DNA of 64,000 bases from Nitrosopumilus sp. (lineage in GTDB: Archaea; Thermoproteota; Nitrososphaeria; Nitrososphaerales; Nitrosopumilaceae): positions 96,001 to 160,000 of the forward strand of contig CBDBGZ010000008.1 of assembly GCA_965205425.1 (NCBI GenBank). The letters are read 5' to 3'. Shown here in pieces: positions 29,039-39,703 of this stretch; positions within the stretch are counted from its first letter, which is position 1; the number at the start of each line of letters is the position of its first letter. The position numbers and the translations under genes are program-made. A model generated the notes under the pieces. The model saw only the letters and a program-made list of their open reading frames with translations. It was not told the origin of the DNA and ran no database searches.

Positions 29039-29560
29039 AAATGAATTTGTTTGAATCCTTTTAAAATGTGTAAGTTTGTGTAATATCTTTTGATGATTTT
29101 AGTAAATTGTAGACATGAAGAGCCTTCTGAAAAATTATTCGAGGCTTGGATTTTAGATGAATATTGATGAAATTTACGCCCAAGGTACGCCTACATGGCA
29201 GAAGAGCAAGTTGGGTAATAACATTGGATTGATAATTATAGCGAAAAGATAAAGTTCATGAACTAAATAATTTCAAAAAACTAGGAATCAGTTGATCTTA
29301 CCTATAGGTAAATACGAATAAACAAATTGAAACACCTAAAAAATAACTCACGAACTTGTGCTTCTCACTATACCTAAAACTTTGTTGAGGGTATCTCCTG
29401 ACTCATGGCATTTCTTTTCCCCATATCTCTTTAAACTGATTTTCATATTTTCATACGAACTTGAACATGTTGAAAGAATTTAAAATTACAAAAAAGAGCG
29501 AATTAAACCACATGAAAAGATTTCAAATGAAATATAACATTAAAGAAAATAGGATTTTTG

Positions 29561-29904
29561 ATGGAAATTAGTGATTTGGATAAGAAAATCGATAAACATG
29601 GGGATTTTTTGAGAAATCAACAGATAATGAAAAAACCACAATCAAATTAATTTCAATTAATGCAGGAAATAGAACTAGCCTACAGTTTCATGAGCACAGA
29701 TCTGAGAAATGGTATGTTCTAAGTGGGGAAGGATATGCCAGGAATCCAAATAAAACAAAGATAAGACATGGAGATAGATTATTTATTTCAAAAACCACTG
29801 TACACAGATTAGAAGCCATAACAGATATGCAAATTCTTGAAATTTCTTTTGGAGATTTTGATGAATTAGATATTAAACGATTAGAAGACGATTATAACAG
29901 ATAG
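29561..29904 (+). pseudogene. Frameshifted type II phosphomannose-isomerase-like cupin
   Basis: One base missing in K[P]WG; then SLQFHEHRSEKW, HRL, LEISFG...DIKRLEDDYNR. Confidence 0.8.
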
Positions 29905-29905
29905 A

Positions 29906-31051
29906 CTAGCTCCAAACCTTTTCCTTAAAGGTCCATTTCTTATTTAGTATAAAGTTACTAAATGCCGCAGTTCCAACTGCCAATACTAATGAAACTGGAT
30001 ATAGAATACTCAACTCATCTACAAGATAGTAAACCATTCCAAGTTGAACTAGTGCACCAATTGAACTAAATCCAGTAAACTTTGCATATTGAACTAAAGT
30101 TTTTTTTGTAGAAAAATCTCTATCTTCAAACGTCCAATACTTGTTTAGAATGAAATTACTTGTAATGGAAAATATTATTCCCATTAATGTAGCATGTAGA
30201 TACCACATATCAGAACTTAATGTGAACAACATAGATGCAAGATAGTTTACACCCAATCCAGATGCACCAACTGAAAAAAATCTTGCGGCTTTTGAAAGAA
30301 ATCTTACTGATGTTCTTTTTTCTTCTTTTCTTATACGACGTCCATATTTGTATAATTTCCAAACAGATTTACAATAATCTAAAACAGTTGATGCGCCTAG
30401 TTTACTTGCTCCTTCTTGTCTATTGGTAAAAGCATATGGAACTTCCTGGATTTTCACGCCCTTAGTTTTAACCAAGATTTCAAGTAACATTTTGTAACCA
30501 ATTGCATCAAACTTTAATCCATCAAGAATATTTTTCTTAAAAATAAAAAACCCAGACATCGGATCATGTGATTTTACACCCAATCCTTTTTTTGCAATTA
30601 TAGTTGCAATTTTACTCATAAGTTTTCTTTTAAACGGCCATCCTTGAATGGAACCACCTTTAACATATCTTGAAGCAATAACAATATCACATTTAGTTTG
30701 TTTTAAAGTATCAAGCATTTTTGGGATGACATGTGGTGGATGAGAAAAATCACTATCCATTACCACTATAGTATTACTAGATGCTTGTTGAATCCCATTT
30801 AAAATTGCAGAACTTAATCCATCTTTGGCTTTTCTCTTAATGATGTTAATGGAATGACTAGTTTTTTCTTTAATAGAGTAAAAATAATCCTCAGCAATCT
30901 TTGCAGTGTTATCTGGAGAATTATCATCAATAACAATAGTTTCTGCATTAAGATTAGAAGGAATTGAGTTTTGAATATGCTCTAAAATTTTCCTAATATT
31001 GTTAGATTCGTTGTAAGTAGGTAAAATTATCGAAATCTCTGTATCACTCAA
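29906..31051 (-). CDS. GT2 polyprenol-phosphate glycosyltransferase fused to a GtrA domain
   Basis: PTYNE, DDNSPD, MDSDFSH; C-terminal NFILNK.WTF repeats. Confidence 0.92.
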   Translation of the reverse strand: MSDTEISIILPTYNESNNIRKILEHIQNSIPSNLNAETIVIDDNSPDNTAKIAEDYFYSIKEKTSHSINIIKRKAKDGLSSAILNGIQQASSNTIVVMDSDFSHPPHVIPKMLDTLKQTKCDIVIASRYVKGGSIQGWPFKRKLMSKIATIIAKKGLGVKSHDPMSGFFIFKKNILDGLKFDAIGYKMLLEILVKTKGVKIQEVPYAFTNRQEGASKLGASTVLDYCKSVWKLYKYGRRIRKEEKRTSVRFLSKAARFFSVGASGLGVNYLASMLFTLSSDMWYLHATLMGIIFSITSNFILNKYWTFEDRDFSTKKTLVQYAKFTGFSSIGALVQLGMVYYLVDELSILYPVSLVLAVGTAAFSNFILNKKWTFKEKVWS

Positions 31052-31112
31052 TGTAATTTGTCTTTCAAATTTGAATTAAAATGTTTAATGTAAAAAAATT
31101 TACTTTTTATGA

Positions 31113-32558
31113 CTAGGGATTATCCCACGATCCTTCTCTAATATCAATATAGAATCCTTCATGATTTACTTTCATATTCGTATAGGGATAAATTCTTGTA
31201 TCAAATTCATTTGCTTTGCCTTCAAAGAATTTTACTGATTCAGTAGTGTTATATACTTTGACAAGTTCATCGCCTCTGTTTTGGTCTAGCATAAAATGAG
31301 GATCTGCAATGACTGTAAGGTTTGATGTTTCAATAGGATAAAACAATGCCATTGAATAATCTAAAGGAACGTTTTCCATATCAAAAACATCATAAAGAAT
31401 CCAAGAATATACAGGACTTGCCAAAATTGTACTTTGATCTTGTGGATTTTCAATCACATAAGATAATGCTTCAAATTGATTGTACGAAACATCGTTTGTG
31501 ATCAAAATAAGGGTACTTGAAAATCCAAAAACAAGAATAGATACAATAACTATACGATGAATTGTTTTTGATTCAAGTAATTTGATATTCTTTGGCATTT
31601 CCAACAACCAAATACTTGCAGCAATACACATTATTGGTAATATAGATATCCAGTGAAAATATTGTTTGAATCCAATTAAGGATAAAAATGCCACAAATGG
31701 AACAAACCAAAACAATACAAACTTGTTTCTAGTAATTGCAGAATATACAATTCCGGCCATGCCAATAACAAAAAGAACTGGATCTATGACAAGGAAATAC
31801 CCAATAATTTCAAGAATGCTATTACTTCTTTGGCTTTGCCACAATACATCTTGAATCCACATATCAAATTGATCTAACATGAGACTGTTTACAGGCCACA
31901 GCATTGGAATCAACAAAACAGGAAGAATCCAAATTAACATGTCAAGGAATTTTTTTCTTTTTTGGAAAACTAACCAAATTATCAAAGGAATGAAAACAAA
32001 TGCAGGAATTTTTGTAAATATTGCCAGGCCCAACATTATTCCAGAAAGAGGTGCTAGCCACATCTTACCTTGAGGTTTAGTAAAATGAATTGCAAGTAGA
32101 ATAGATGCTAGTAAAAATGGCAAAAGAATTGAATCAAGTAAAATTCTATCTAAAACCCAAGTGTAAGGCATTACTGCAAATAAAGTAGAAGATAATATCG
32201 CAACATTGTGACTAAATTTCTCTTTTGCAATAAGATAAACAAGAAATGTACTAACTATTGCAACTAGTCCCATGAATACTCTAGGAATCAAGTAAAGATT
32301 CTGTAGAGATTCTGGATCAGTAAGAGTGCCATTGTGTGGATAACCTGTAATTTGTAAAACACCTGCAAGAATAATCTGACCAAAATAAGGATGATCATAG
32401 AGATAGCTTTCTTGAGGATTTCCAGTATCCATCATATTCATTGCTCTTCGCATGTAAATTCCCTCATCAAAGAAAATATCCGGAAATCCAACAGGGTTAA
32501 GAAGATGAATAAAACTTGCTAGAACTAGAGGAATAAGAAATAGAAATTTTTTCTTCAT
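31113..32558 (-). CDS. GT-C (PMT/ArnT-like) glycosyltransferase
   Basis: FDEGIY, DHP, multiple TM helices. Confidence 0.85.
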   Translation of the reverse strand: MKKKFLFLIPLVLASFIHLLNPVGFPDIFFDEGIYMRRAMNMMDTGNPQESYLYDHPYFGQIILAGVLQITGYPHNGTLTDPESLQNLYLIPRVFMGLVAIVSTFLVYLIAKEKFSHNVAILSSTLFAVMPYTWVLDRILLDSILLPFLLASILLAIHFTKPQGKMWLAPLSGIMLGLAIFTKIPAFVFIPLIIWLVFQKRKKFLDMLIWILPVLLIPMLWPVNSLMLDQFDMWIQDVLWQSQRSNSILEIIGYFLVIDPVLFVIGMAGIVYSAITRNKFVLFWFVPFVAFLSLIGFKQYFHWISILPIMCIAASIWLLEMPKNIKLLESKTIHRIVIVSILVFGFSSTLILITNDVSYNQFEALSYVIENPQDQSTILASPVYSWILYDVFDMENVPLDYSMALFYPIETSNLTVIADPHFMLDQNRGDELVKVYNTTESVKFFEGKANEFDTRIYPYTNMKVNHEGFYIDIREGSWDNP

Positions 32559-32736
32559 TTTAGTAAACTTTGGTAAATATTATTCATTTTTTAACTCTCC
32601 TAACAATCATCCATAGTTGCAGTTCCTTTTCCCATGTTCAGAGAAAGATCACATAAACTTGAGCATATCTTTAATTTTCAAGAAATTACACTCGAAAAAA
32701 TAAATCCCAATCATTTCAAAACAGCATCATGGCCAG

Positions 32737-33087
32737 TTACATTACAGAATTTTTAAAATCGTTGATTGAAGACATTGTATTTTTTGTCTGATGCCCAATA
32801 TCATGAAGAGTGGAACCATTGTATTTTTTGTCAAGATATCTACCTGCAACAATCATGGGACCACCAATAGCACAAGTTACACCAGTAGGTTCAGGGACCC
32901 ATAACATCAAAAACCCAATTTTCTGGAGTTTCTTTCCAGGGGCAGGGGCTTTCTGGAGAGCGCCTAATGAACGAGCGGTGTGAGTATCATCCATTTGTGT
33001 GACTTCAGTATACAAATTTGCTCTACGTTTAGCTGAATCAGAGAATTTTCTCAATTTATCTAGACGTTCCTTTAGAGGATCAACCAT
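32737..33087 (-). CDS. Hypothetical protein
   Basis: Intact ORF, VPEPTG hairpin segment. Confidence 0.7.
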   Translation of the reverse strand: MVDPLKERLDKLRKFSDSAKRRANLYTEVTQMDDTHTARSLGALQKAPAPGKKLQKIGFLMLWVPEPTGVTCAIGGPMIVAGRYLDKKYNGSTLHDIGHQTKNTMSSINDFKNSVM

Positions 33088-33222
33088 TCCAACCTTGATT
33101 TAGAAGAAAATAGTTAACAACCAGAGATCAACTACGGTCACTTTCAAGTCAACAAAGAATAACTAAAATCGACTCAAAAAGACACCCAATTATACTAGAT
33201 TTTGTTTAGATACAAAGACCAC

Positions 33223-33687
33223 ATGAAATCTAAAAACTCCAAACGATTGGATTCTATTAAAGCAGCACACCAGTACGAAAGGACCCATTCAAGTACAAGA
33301 ATGGAGGATTATTTAGAAATTATTTCAGAATTGGTGGAACTAAAAGGATATGCAACTACATTAGACATTTCAAGATACATGAATGTAAGTGCACCAAGTG
33401 TCACCAAAATGTTACAGCGACTTGATGAAAACGGATTTTTAGAATACGAAAAGTACCATGGAATCAATCTAACGAATAAGGGAATAAAAATTGCAGAAGG
33501 AATACGACAAAAACATGGGATATTGCTAGAATTTTTTGAAATTTTAGGAGTAGGATATAACACGGCAAATCAAGATACAGAAGGGATTGAACATCATCTA
33601 AATCCAAAAACAATCAAACAATTAAGAAAATTTATCACTTTTCTAAAAGCAAATCCAAAGATTATTGATAATTTTAAAAATCTTTAA
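33223..33687 (+). CDS. mntR: DtxR/MntR-family metal-dependent regulator
   Basis: MEDYLE, PSVTKML, EGIEHH. Confidence 0.9.
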   Translation: MKSKNSKRLDSIKAAHQYERTHSSTRMEDYLEIISELVELKGYATTLDISRYMNVSAPSVTKMLQRLDENGFLEYEKYHGINLTNKGIKIAEGIRQKHGILLEFFEILGVGYNTANQDTEGIEHHLNPKTIKQLRKFITFLKANPKIIDNFKNL

Positions 33688-35494
33688 GATAAATTTTGAT
33701 ATCATTTTGTGAGGACGTAAAATCCATCAGATTCCTTGCAACATCAGAACGTTTTGGTATTTTGATTTGTCCTTTTTTTCCGATTCTAACAGATGCAATA
33801 AACTTCTCATTACCATAGATATCAGCATGCATTGAAGAGAAATCCCTATTGACCGTAAGTAGTAAAGCAGTTTTTGATTCTGAAAAACTAAATGGTAAAT
33901 CACTAGAAGTAAGTGAAACTTCATCAGATGTTTTTTCAACTACATCAATGTGTACTTGGAGGGATTTTTCAATTTCATTAATGTTTGATCCGCCTCGCCC
34001 AATTATAGATGCAATATTTTGTTCATTTACCATTACTTTTACTCTGTTATCAGATAAAATTTCAACTTCAGCGTGAGGATCATAACGACGAAAAGTTTCT
34101 TTGATTTTTTCTTCAGCTAGTTTTTCAATTCCTATTTTATCTACTTTTTTACCAACAGGTACAATGACATTTTCTTCTCCAAATGTGTAAATTTCATGCT
34201 CTAAAACATTATCTTCAAAATTTCTGATTTCAATGACAGGTCTAGCCAAATCAGATTCGGTCATTCCAGTAGGTACTTTTACTTTTAATTCTAAATCATA
34301 GACTTTTTGAATTCCACCATCTTTAACAAAAACAACAGTATCCAAAACATTGGGAATAATTCCCAGTTCTATTTTTCCAATAAAACGTTGAATTGCATCT
34401 AGGGGAGAATTTGCATGTACAACACCAACCATTCCAACACCAGTTAATCGTAAATCAGCAAAAGTTGCAAAATCTTCTCTTCGTCTTACTTCATCAAAAA
34501 TTGTATAATCAGGTCTTACAAGTAATAAAATATCTGCAGTATTGTCAAAACTGCCATCTAGTTTACTATATTGAGTTACTCCAGAATCTACTTGTAAATC
34601 ACGTGGAGATTCAAATGTTTTAACAATTTTCCCTTTATTGTGATAAAAATTTGCAAGACCAGATGCAAGAGTACTTTTTCCAGAGCCAGGAGCACCAGAA
34701 ATTACAATGCCTTCAGCACTGTCAGAAAAACGCTCCATTAATTTTTCAGAGATGGTGTAATCATCAAGAGATAATTTAACGATTGGGTGAACTATAGTAA
34801 TTTCAAAAGATTCAGAGAAAGGAGGATATGTAATTGCTATTCTGTAATCGCCATGCTGAACAACAGATGCTCCAGTTTTAGATATCTCTAACGTACTAGA
34901 ATCAAAAATATTTACTACATCTAAAATTTGAGATGAAATCATTTCCAAATAATCTTTTGAAAGAGTTTCGTCATTAATCTGGGTTAATTGGAATGAACCG
35001 GGTTTACCTTTTTTTGCTAAAGGGTATTGATTCTCTTTAAGATGAATGCTCATAGTTTCAGAGTCAAAAAATTTAAGGAATTCTAAGGATTCATTTTTAA
35101 TTTTAGATTTAAGAAAAACAGTTTCAACGTCTTCAGCTTGAGCAACTAAATGTTGTACATGATCAGAAGTATATAGAATAGCACCATATTGTTTTGCCAT
35201 ATCAACTATCAATGCATCAATTCTCCCACTACTGGCAAGCTTTACATCATCAGAAGTTGGATGATTTCCACTTACAAGGATGTTCAACCCATGACTGCCA
35301 GATAAGGATTTGAGTTTTCTAATTCTCTCAAGACCAATGAACCCTTGTTCTTTTTTCTTGGAAGCTTGTGATTGAAGTTCATCAAAAACCGCTTGAGGGA
35401 TAATGATTTCAAAATTTCGAATACTGCCAGATTCTATCTGAGAAACTAACTGACCATTTATGATGACACTAGTATCTGCAACAATTTTTGACAT
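33674..35494 (-). CDS. PINA ATPase (PIN + ATPase + KH domains)
   Basis: DTS PIN start, GAPGSGKST, ESPRDL, IIGRGG KH motif. Confidence 0.92.
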   Translation of the reverse strand: MSKIVADTSVIINGQLVSQIESGSIRNFEIIIPQAVFDELQSQASKKKEQGFIGLERIRKLKSLSGSHGLNILVSGNHPTSDDVKLASSGRIDALIVDMAKQYGAILYTSDHVQHLVAQAEDVETVFLKSKIKNESLEFLKFFDSETMSIHLKENQYPLAKKGKPGSFQLTQINDETLSKDYLEMISSQILDVVNIFDSSTLEISKTGASVVQHGDYRIAITYPPFSESFEITIVHPIVKLSLDDYTISEKLMERFSDSAEGIVISGAPGSGKSTLASGLANFYHNKGKIVKTFESPRDLQVDSGVTQYSKLDGSFDNTADILLLVRPDYTIFDEVRRREDFATFADLRLTGVGMVGVVHANSPLDAIQRFIGKIELGIIPNVLDTVVFVKDGGIQKVYDLELKVKVPTGMTESDLARPVIEIRNFEDNVLEHEIYTFGEENVIVPVGKKVDKIGIEKLAEEKIKETFRRYDPHAEVEILSDNRVKVMVNEQNIASIIGRGGSNINEIEKSLQVHIDVVEKTSDEVSLTSSDLPFSFSESKTALLLTVNRDFSSMHADIYGNEKFIASVRIGKKGQIKIPKRSDVARNLMDFTSSQNDIKIYLKDF

Positions 35495-35571
35495 TTTTAG
35501 ATCAATTGTTCAATTATTTTATACCCTAAATTACTTTCTTAAATTAGAGTCTTAATTGATTCTAAAACACC

Positions 35572-37005
35572 GTTAAAATCAAATGGTTTTGATATGTATG
35601 AGGAAGCCAAACTCTTTTGAATTATTGCAGGGTCAAATATTATAGTTAAAATCAAATGGTTTTGATATCAGTAGATGGGAAAGTAACTCAAATTACACAT
35701 TCTAGGAAATAATTATTTTTGTTATTTCTAAAGTAATGAATAATTATCTTTACAAAGAAATATTTGAGAATTTCAATTGATATTATTGGTTTGTGATTTT
35801 GTACATTAGTTTCTTCTGAGATAATCAAATTAGCAATTATCCATGCATTGTACAAAATCAATGAATAGTAAAAATACAACAATCTTATGGATTGGTTTGA
35901 ACTGGTGGTTTTTGGTCTGAACCTTCCCACACATGCATAGCCTGTTTCAATCCCCCAACGTTTCTTGTAATCAGTTGGAATGTTTTGTATGTTATATGAT
36001 ATTTCTTTTGGTGAAACGTTTGTTGCAAACACAACATACTGATCAATAATATCTGATTTTTTTCTTGCATTTTTGTTTGGCAGAATAACTAGATTAAATG
36101 ATTCTACATGTCCTGATGATGATTTTATTGTGTATGGCGAGATTGACTTTCTATCTCCATTAACGTATTGTACAATTGCATCTTTGATTCGAGAATTCTT
36201 TTTTGCAGGCATTAGAAATTTTAAATTCCTTTGTTTTATTTCTGAAATTGTTCCAGCTGTGAAAAACTCCCTATCCACTAGCAATAGTTTAATCTTGATT
36301 CCATTATTGATGCCATCAGAGAGTAATTTACGCACAAAATCGGCATTTGATTTGTTGTCATACAAAGGATAACAACCTAATTGAGCCCTGATTCTTTTTT
36401 CAACGCACTGCATGGTGCAGTAACTCTCAAAATGAGTAGTACTGTTTTTTGATTTTGATTTTATTAAAGAATGGTTTGGCAATTTGTCATATCTTGGGAT
36501 TAGATGTTTGTCAATTGCTACAGTAACTGGTTGCTCCAATACTCCCAATTCTTGTAATTTTGATATGGTACTATCCAGTGAACGATGTAATTGAATTTGC
36601 ATTGTTTTTTGTGATATTTTTGATATGATTTTTCTCAACCATGAAACCAGTTGGAGAAGCATTATCTGATTCCATTGCCAGTCTCTTTAATCCAGATTCA
36701 GAATATGAATTTCCCAAACACAATGACATGATAGAATTATGTGCATCTGCATTGTGGAACCGTGAGTTATTTTTACTAGAGCATGGAAACAATAAGATAT
36801 TGTACATTATTTTAGTGATAATCTCAAATGCTTTAGATAGTATCACGCCTTGGTGTGTCATGGTATCAAATGAAGTACAATGCATATTTGATGGAGTGAC
36901 ATACTTTCATCAAGCTTTTTCTATCTGAATAGATTGATTGAATAATTGATAGTTTTTGATCTAAATTGAGTTACTTTCCCATCTACTGGATATGTATGAG
37001 GAAGC
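35572..37005 (+). repeat. 36-bp direct repeat enclosing a 37-bp insert; second copy split by ISH3
   Basis: GTTAAAATCAAATGGTTTTGATATGTATGAGGAAGC at 35572-35607 and at 35645-35668 plus 36994-37005. Confidence 0.85.
35669..36988 (-). mobile_element. ISH3-family IS, full-length copy 2 with 5-bp TSD
   Basis: TIR CAGTAGATGGGAAAGTAACTCAA; TSD GATAT; transposase in two frames (36571..36885, 35688..36662). Confidence 0.95.
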
Positions 37006-37241
37006 ACCATGATCTAAACATTGTTGAATTACTTTTTGATCATCACTTGCAGTAATTAGAATTATTTTTGCTTTAGGATCATACTTCATTACTTCTTGCA
37101 CAACTGTAAACCCATCTTTTTTTGACATTGCTAAATCAAGTAATAGGATTTGAGGATTATGTTTTTGATAGAAATCAACTGCTTCAGCACCATCAATTGC
37201 TTCGGCTACTACCTCATGTTCTCCAATTGATAAAATATCTT

Positions 37242-38150
37242 GGTGATTGTAAACCTATTACCACCAACTATTTTTGAGTAATTATTGGAAAAAACAATCA
37301 ACATAATTGAGTTATCTAAAATAATTCACAACAAATCAACTGCATTGGAATTTCTCTGCAACCAATTCAAAAAGAAAAACACAATTCATTGTTCATCATG
37401 TAACTCTGAGAATTACTATATTATTTCAAGAGGGAAACTAAGATGCAAAGATTGCAAGACAGATTATAGACCGTTTGCTGGAACATGGTTTGATATCATC
37501 AACATTAATTTTACAAAATGGTTGGCCCTAGTCAAACTATTTGATATTGGGATTAGTGCAAGACGTGCAGCTAGAGAAGCAGATGTCAGTTATCCAACTT
37601 GCACTAAATGCTTTTGATTGCATCAGATATGCCATACTGTATCATCTGGCAGAATCAGACAAGAAACTAAAAGGGAAAATTGAGGCTGACGAGGCGACTA
37701 TTTTGGAGGAAAAAGAAAGGGAAATCGTGGCAGAGGTGCCAAGAACAAGACCATCGTATTTGGCATACTGGAAAGAAAGGGAAAAGTTCACGTTGAGATT
37801 GTAAACAATGTCAAGGCAAAGACATTGCTTGCAGGAACAATCAAGAAAGTAAAGAAAGGAAGCATTGTGTATACGGACAAGAGGAGAGGATATGATTCGC
37901 TAGTTTTCAACGGCTACAAACATCTCTCAATAGGCCACAGCAAGATGTTTGGCAAAGGTGATGTGTACATCAATGGGATTGAAGGGTTTTGGAGTTTTGC
38001 AAAAGAGAACATGGCAAAGCATCACGGAGTAAGTCCAGATAAATTCTTGTTATACATCAAAGAGATGGAGTGGAGATACAATAACAGGAATTCTGATCTA
38101 TTTGAATTGTTGTTGAAATACATGTTAGGGGTAGAATATACCTAATCACC
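37242..38150 (+). mobile_element. IS1595-family IS, frameshifted transposase
   Basis: Zn ribbon, EADE, RGRG, YTD, HSK, NGIEGFWS, E.EWRYN; ends GGTGATT / AATCACC. Confidence 0.88.
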
Positions 38151-38299
38151 AAGATCTATTCATGTGCGGACCCAGTTAGATTAGAACTTTAAGAGACATA
38201 ATTTTGTGAAAAAATTACAAAAAACAGGAAAAAATCAAAAGAAAAAATCATGAAAGAGATAGAAAATGCACAGGAACCATAAAGCCAACTTTAGTGTAG

Positions 38300-38374
38300 C
38301 GGACCCGACCGGATTCGAACCGGCGACCTATTGCTCCGCAAGCAATCGCACTATCCAAGCTATGCAACGAGTCC
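38300..38374 (-). tRNA. tRNA-Arg (GCG)
   Basis: Cloverleaf; anticodon arm ATTGC-TTGCGGA-GCAAT; TTCGAAT T-loop. Confidence 0.95.
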
Positions 38375-38412
38375 GAAAAGTTTTGGAAATTTACGCTTAA
38401 TTTGGATTGCTA

Positions 38413-39234
38413 TTAGTTAGATTCTGCAAAAATGTATGGCGTTTCATCTGATTCATGTAAAGTCCAAGTAGTTGGTAATGAAACACTTTGAATAGATTTT
38501 AGATTATTATCTTCAATCAAAGTCCCCCATCCAGCCTCATTTTTAGGATCAGGTGCATATTTTTGAGACAATGTTCCTGCAAACACCCATCCAGTTTTTT
38601 TCTTCAAATATGAAATAGAATTAATTGTGTTTAAGACTCCAGATGCAAGTGAAATTCCACCCATTTGTGCTAAACCGCCAATAAAAAATATTGGCTGAGA
38701 CAAATTCAATGAATCGTAATCAAAAGTTGTCGCATCAGAACAATATGGATGAAAATCAAGTGTAGATGTAAGAAGATTTTGTAATTCTACTAACATATCA
38801 TCTATTTCTACACTGTATGATTCCAAATCTAAAACTTTAGCACAAAAAGCAATTCTACCATCACCTGAACCAATATCAATTACTTGTAAATATCCTAATT
38901 CTTTTGCAAGCAACGAACCAATATACCCAGACATTATCCATGTAGGGGAAAAAGGGGCTTTGCTTGAACCATGTTGAATACTGTTTAGCCAATATTTGTT
39001 AATGTCACCCTCATACACAATACAATCAACAGAACCAATCTGTTTTTCAAAAGAATTATAGTAAATTGGATTCTTTGTTGCAAATTGATGTAACAATTCT
39101 AAATGGGATTCTTCAATTGGGAATAATTTTGATTTAGATTTTGGAATAACTTCTTGTATCTGACTTTTACCATCATAGACTCTAACAAACTCTTTTTTTA
39201 GTTCGACTAAATTTTTTGCAAGGTCTTCAATCAT
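38413..39234 (-). CDS. SAM-dependent methyltransferase-like protein
   Basis: VIDIGSGDGR, SVEID. Confidence 0.75.
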   Translation of the reverse strand: MIEDLAKNLVELKKEFVRVYDGKSQIQEVIPKSKSKLFPIEESHLELLHQFATKNPIYYNSFEKQIGSVDCIVYEGDINKYWLNSIQHGSSKAPFSPTWIMSGYIGSLLAKELGYLQVIDIGSGDGRIAFCAKVLDLESYSVEIDDMLVELQNLLTSTLDFHPYCSDATTFDYDSLNLSQPIFFIGGLAQMGGISLASGVLNTINSISYLKKKTGWVFAGTLSQKYAPDPKNEAGWGTLIEDNNLKSIQSVSLPTTWTLHESDETPYIFAESN

Positions 39235-39664
39235 GAGAAATTCCATTCTCATATTGTTCAACAAATTCTTTGGTACTCATTGTTTGACGTAACTCATCAA
39301 ACAACTTTGCATCAGATTCTGTTTGTTCTTTTGATTTTTCACCAGAATTTCCAGACTGCAGATTCTTTGTCAAGTCTTGAATCGAGATAGAGAGTTTTTC
39401 CATAATTTTTGGATGAATTGTACAATCAAATCTAGTTGAAATTAATTTTTCAATTTGCTGGATTTTCTCCAACAGTTCCTTAGGCTCAGAATCAGCCTGT
39501 GCTTTGAGCATTGTGGCCATAGATGAGACATTCATGACATTGTAGTATGTCTCTACAATTTCATGAATATTCATATCAGTTTTTGAATCAGCACCATCAA
39601 ACAAAGTTTCAAGTTTTTGGGATTCACTATCAAACATTTTAGAAATATCTTCAGCAGAAGTCAT
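39227..39664 (-). CDS. Helical hypothetical protein
   Basis: Intact ORF coupled to the downstream gene. Confidence 0.75.
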   Translation of the reverse strand: MTSAEDISKMFDSESQKLETLFDGADSKTDMNIHEIVETYYNVMNVSSMATMLKAQADSEPKELLEKIQQIEKLISTRFDCTIHPKIMEKLSISIQDLTKNLQSGNSGEKSKEQTESDAKLFDELRQTMSTKEFVEQYENGISHD

Positions 39665-39703
39665 ATAGAAAAATTAAAGTTCAAATTTTTAAAAATGTTA
39701 GGA

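Larger units (their letters stand above)
35539..37241 (-). pseudogene. CheY-like response regulator disrupted by IS1595, ISH3 and an internal duplication
   Basis: Reconstructed: DILSIGEHEVVAEAIDG...LLDLAM...DG...ITA...GASSYISKPFDFNGVLESIKTLI*. Confidence 0.88.

Noticed and set aside
29040..29560. Possible small genes in a long intergenic gap
   Set aside because: Only short stop-interrupted frames with no recognisable motif.
35608..35625. Insert resembles 60782-60798 (IS1595 fragment)
   Set aside because: Only 17 AT-rich bases with a gap match and the rest does not; probably chance.
38166..38173. GCGGACCC matching the 3' end of tRNA-Arg as a possible att site
   Set aside because: Only 8 bp, about 130 bp from the tRNA, with no integrase nearby.
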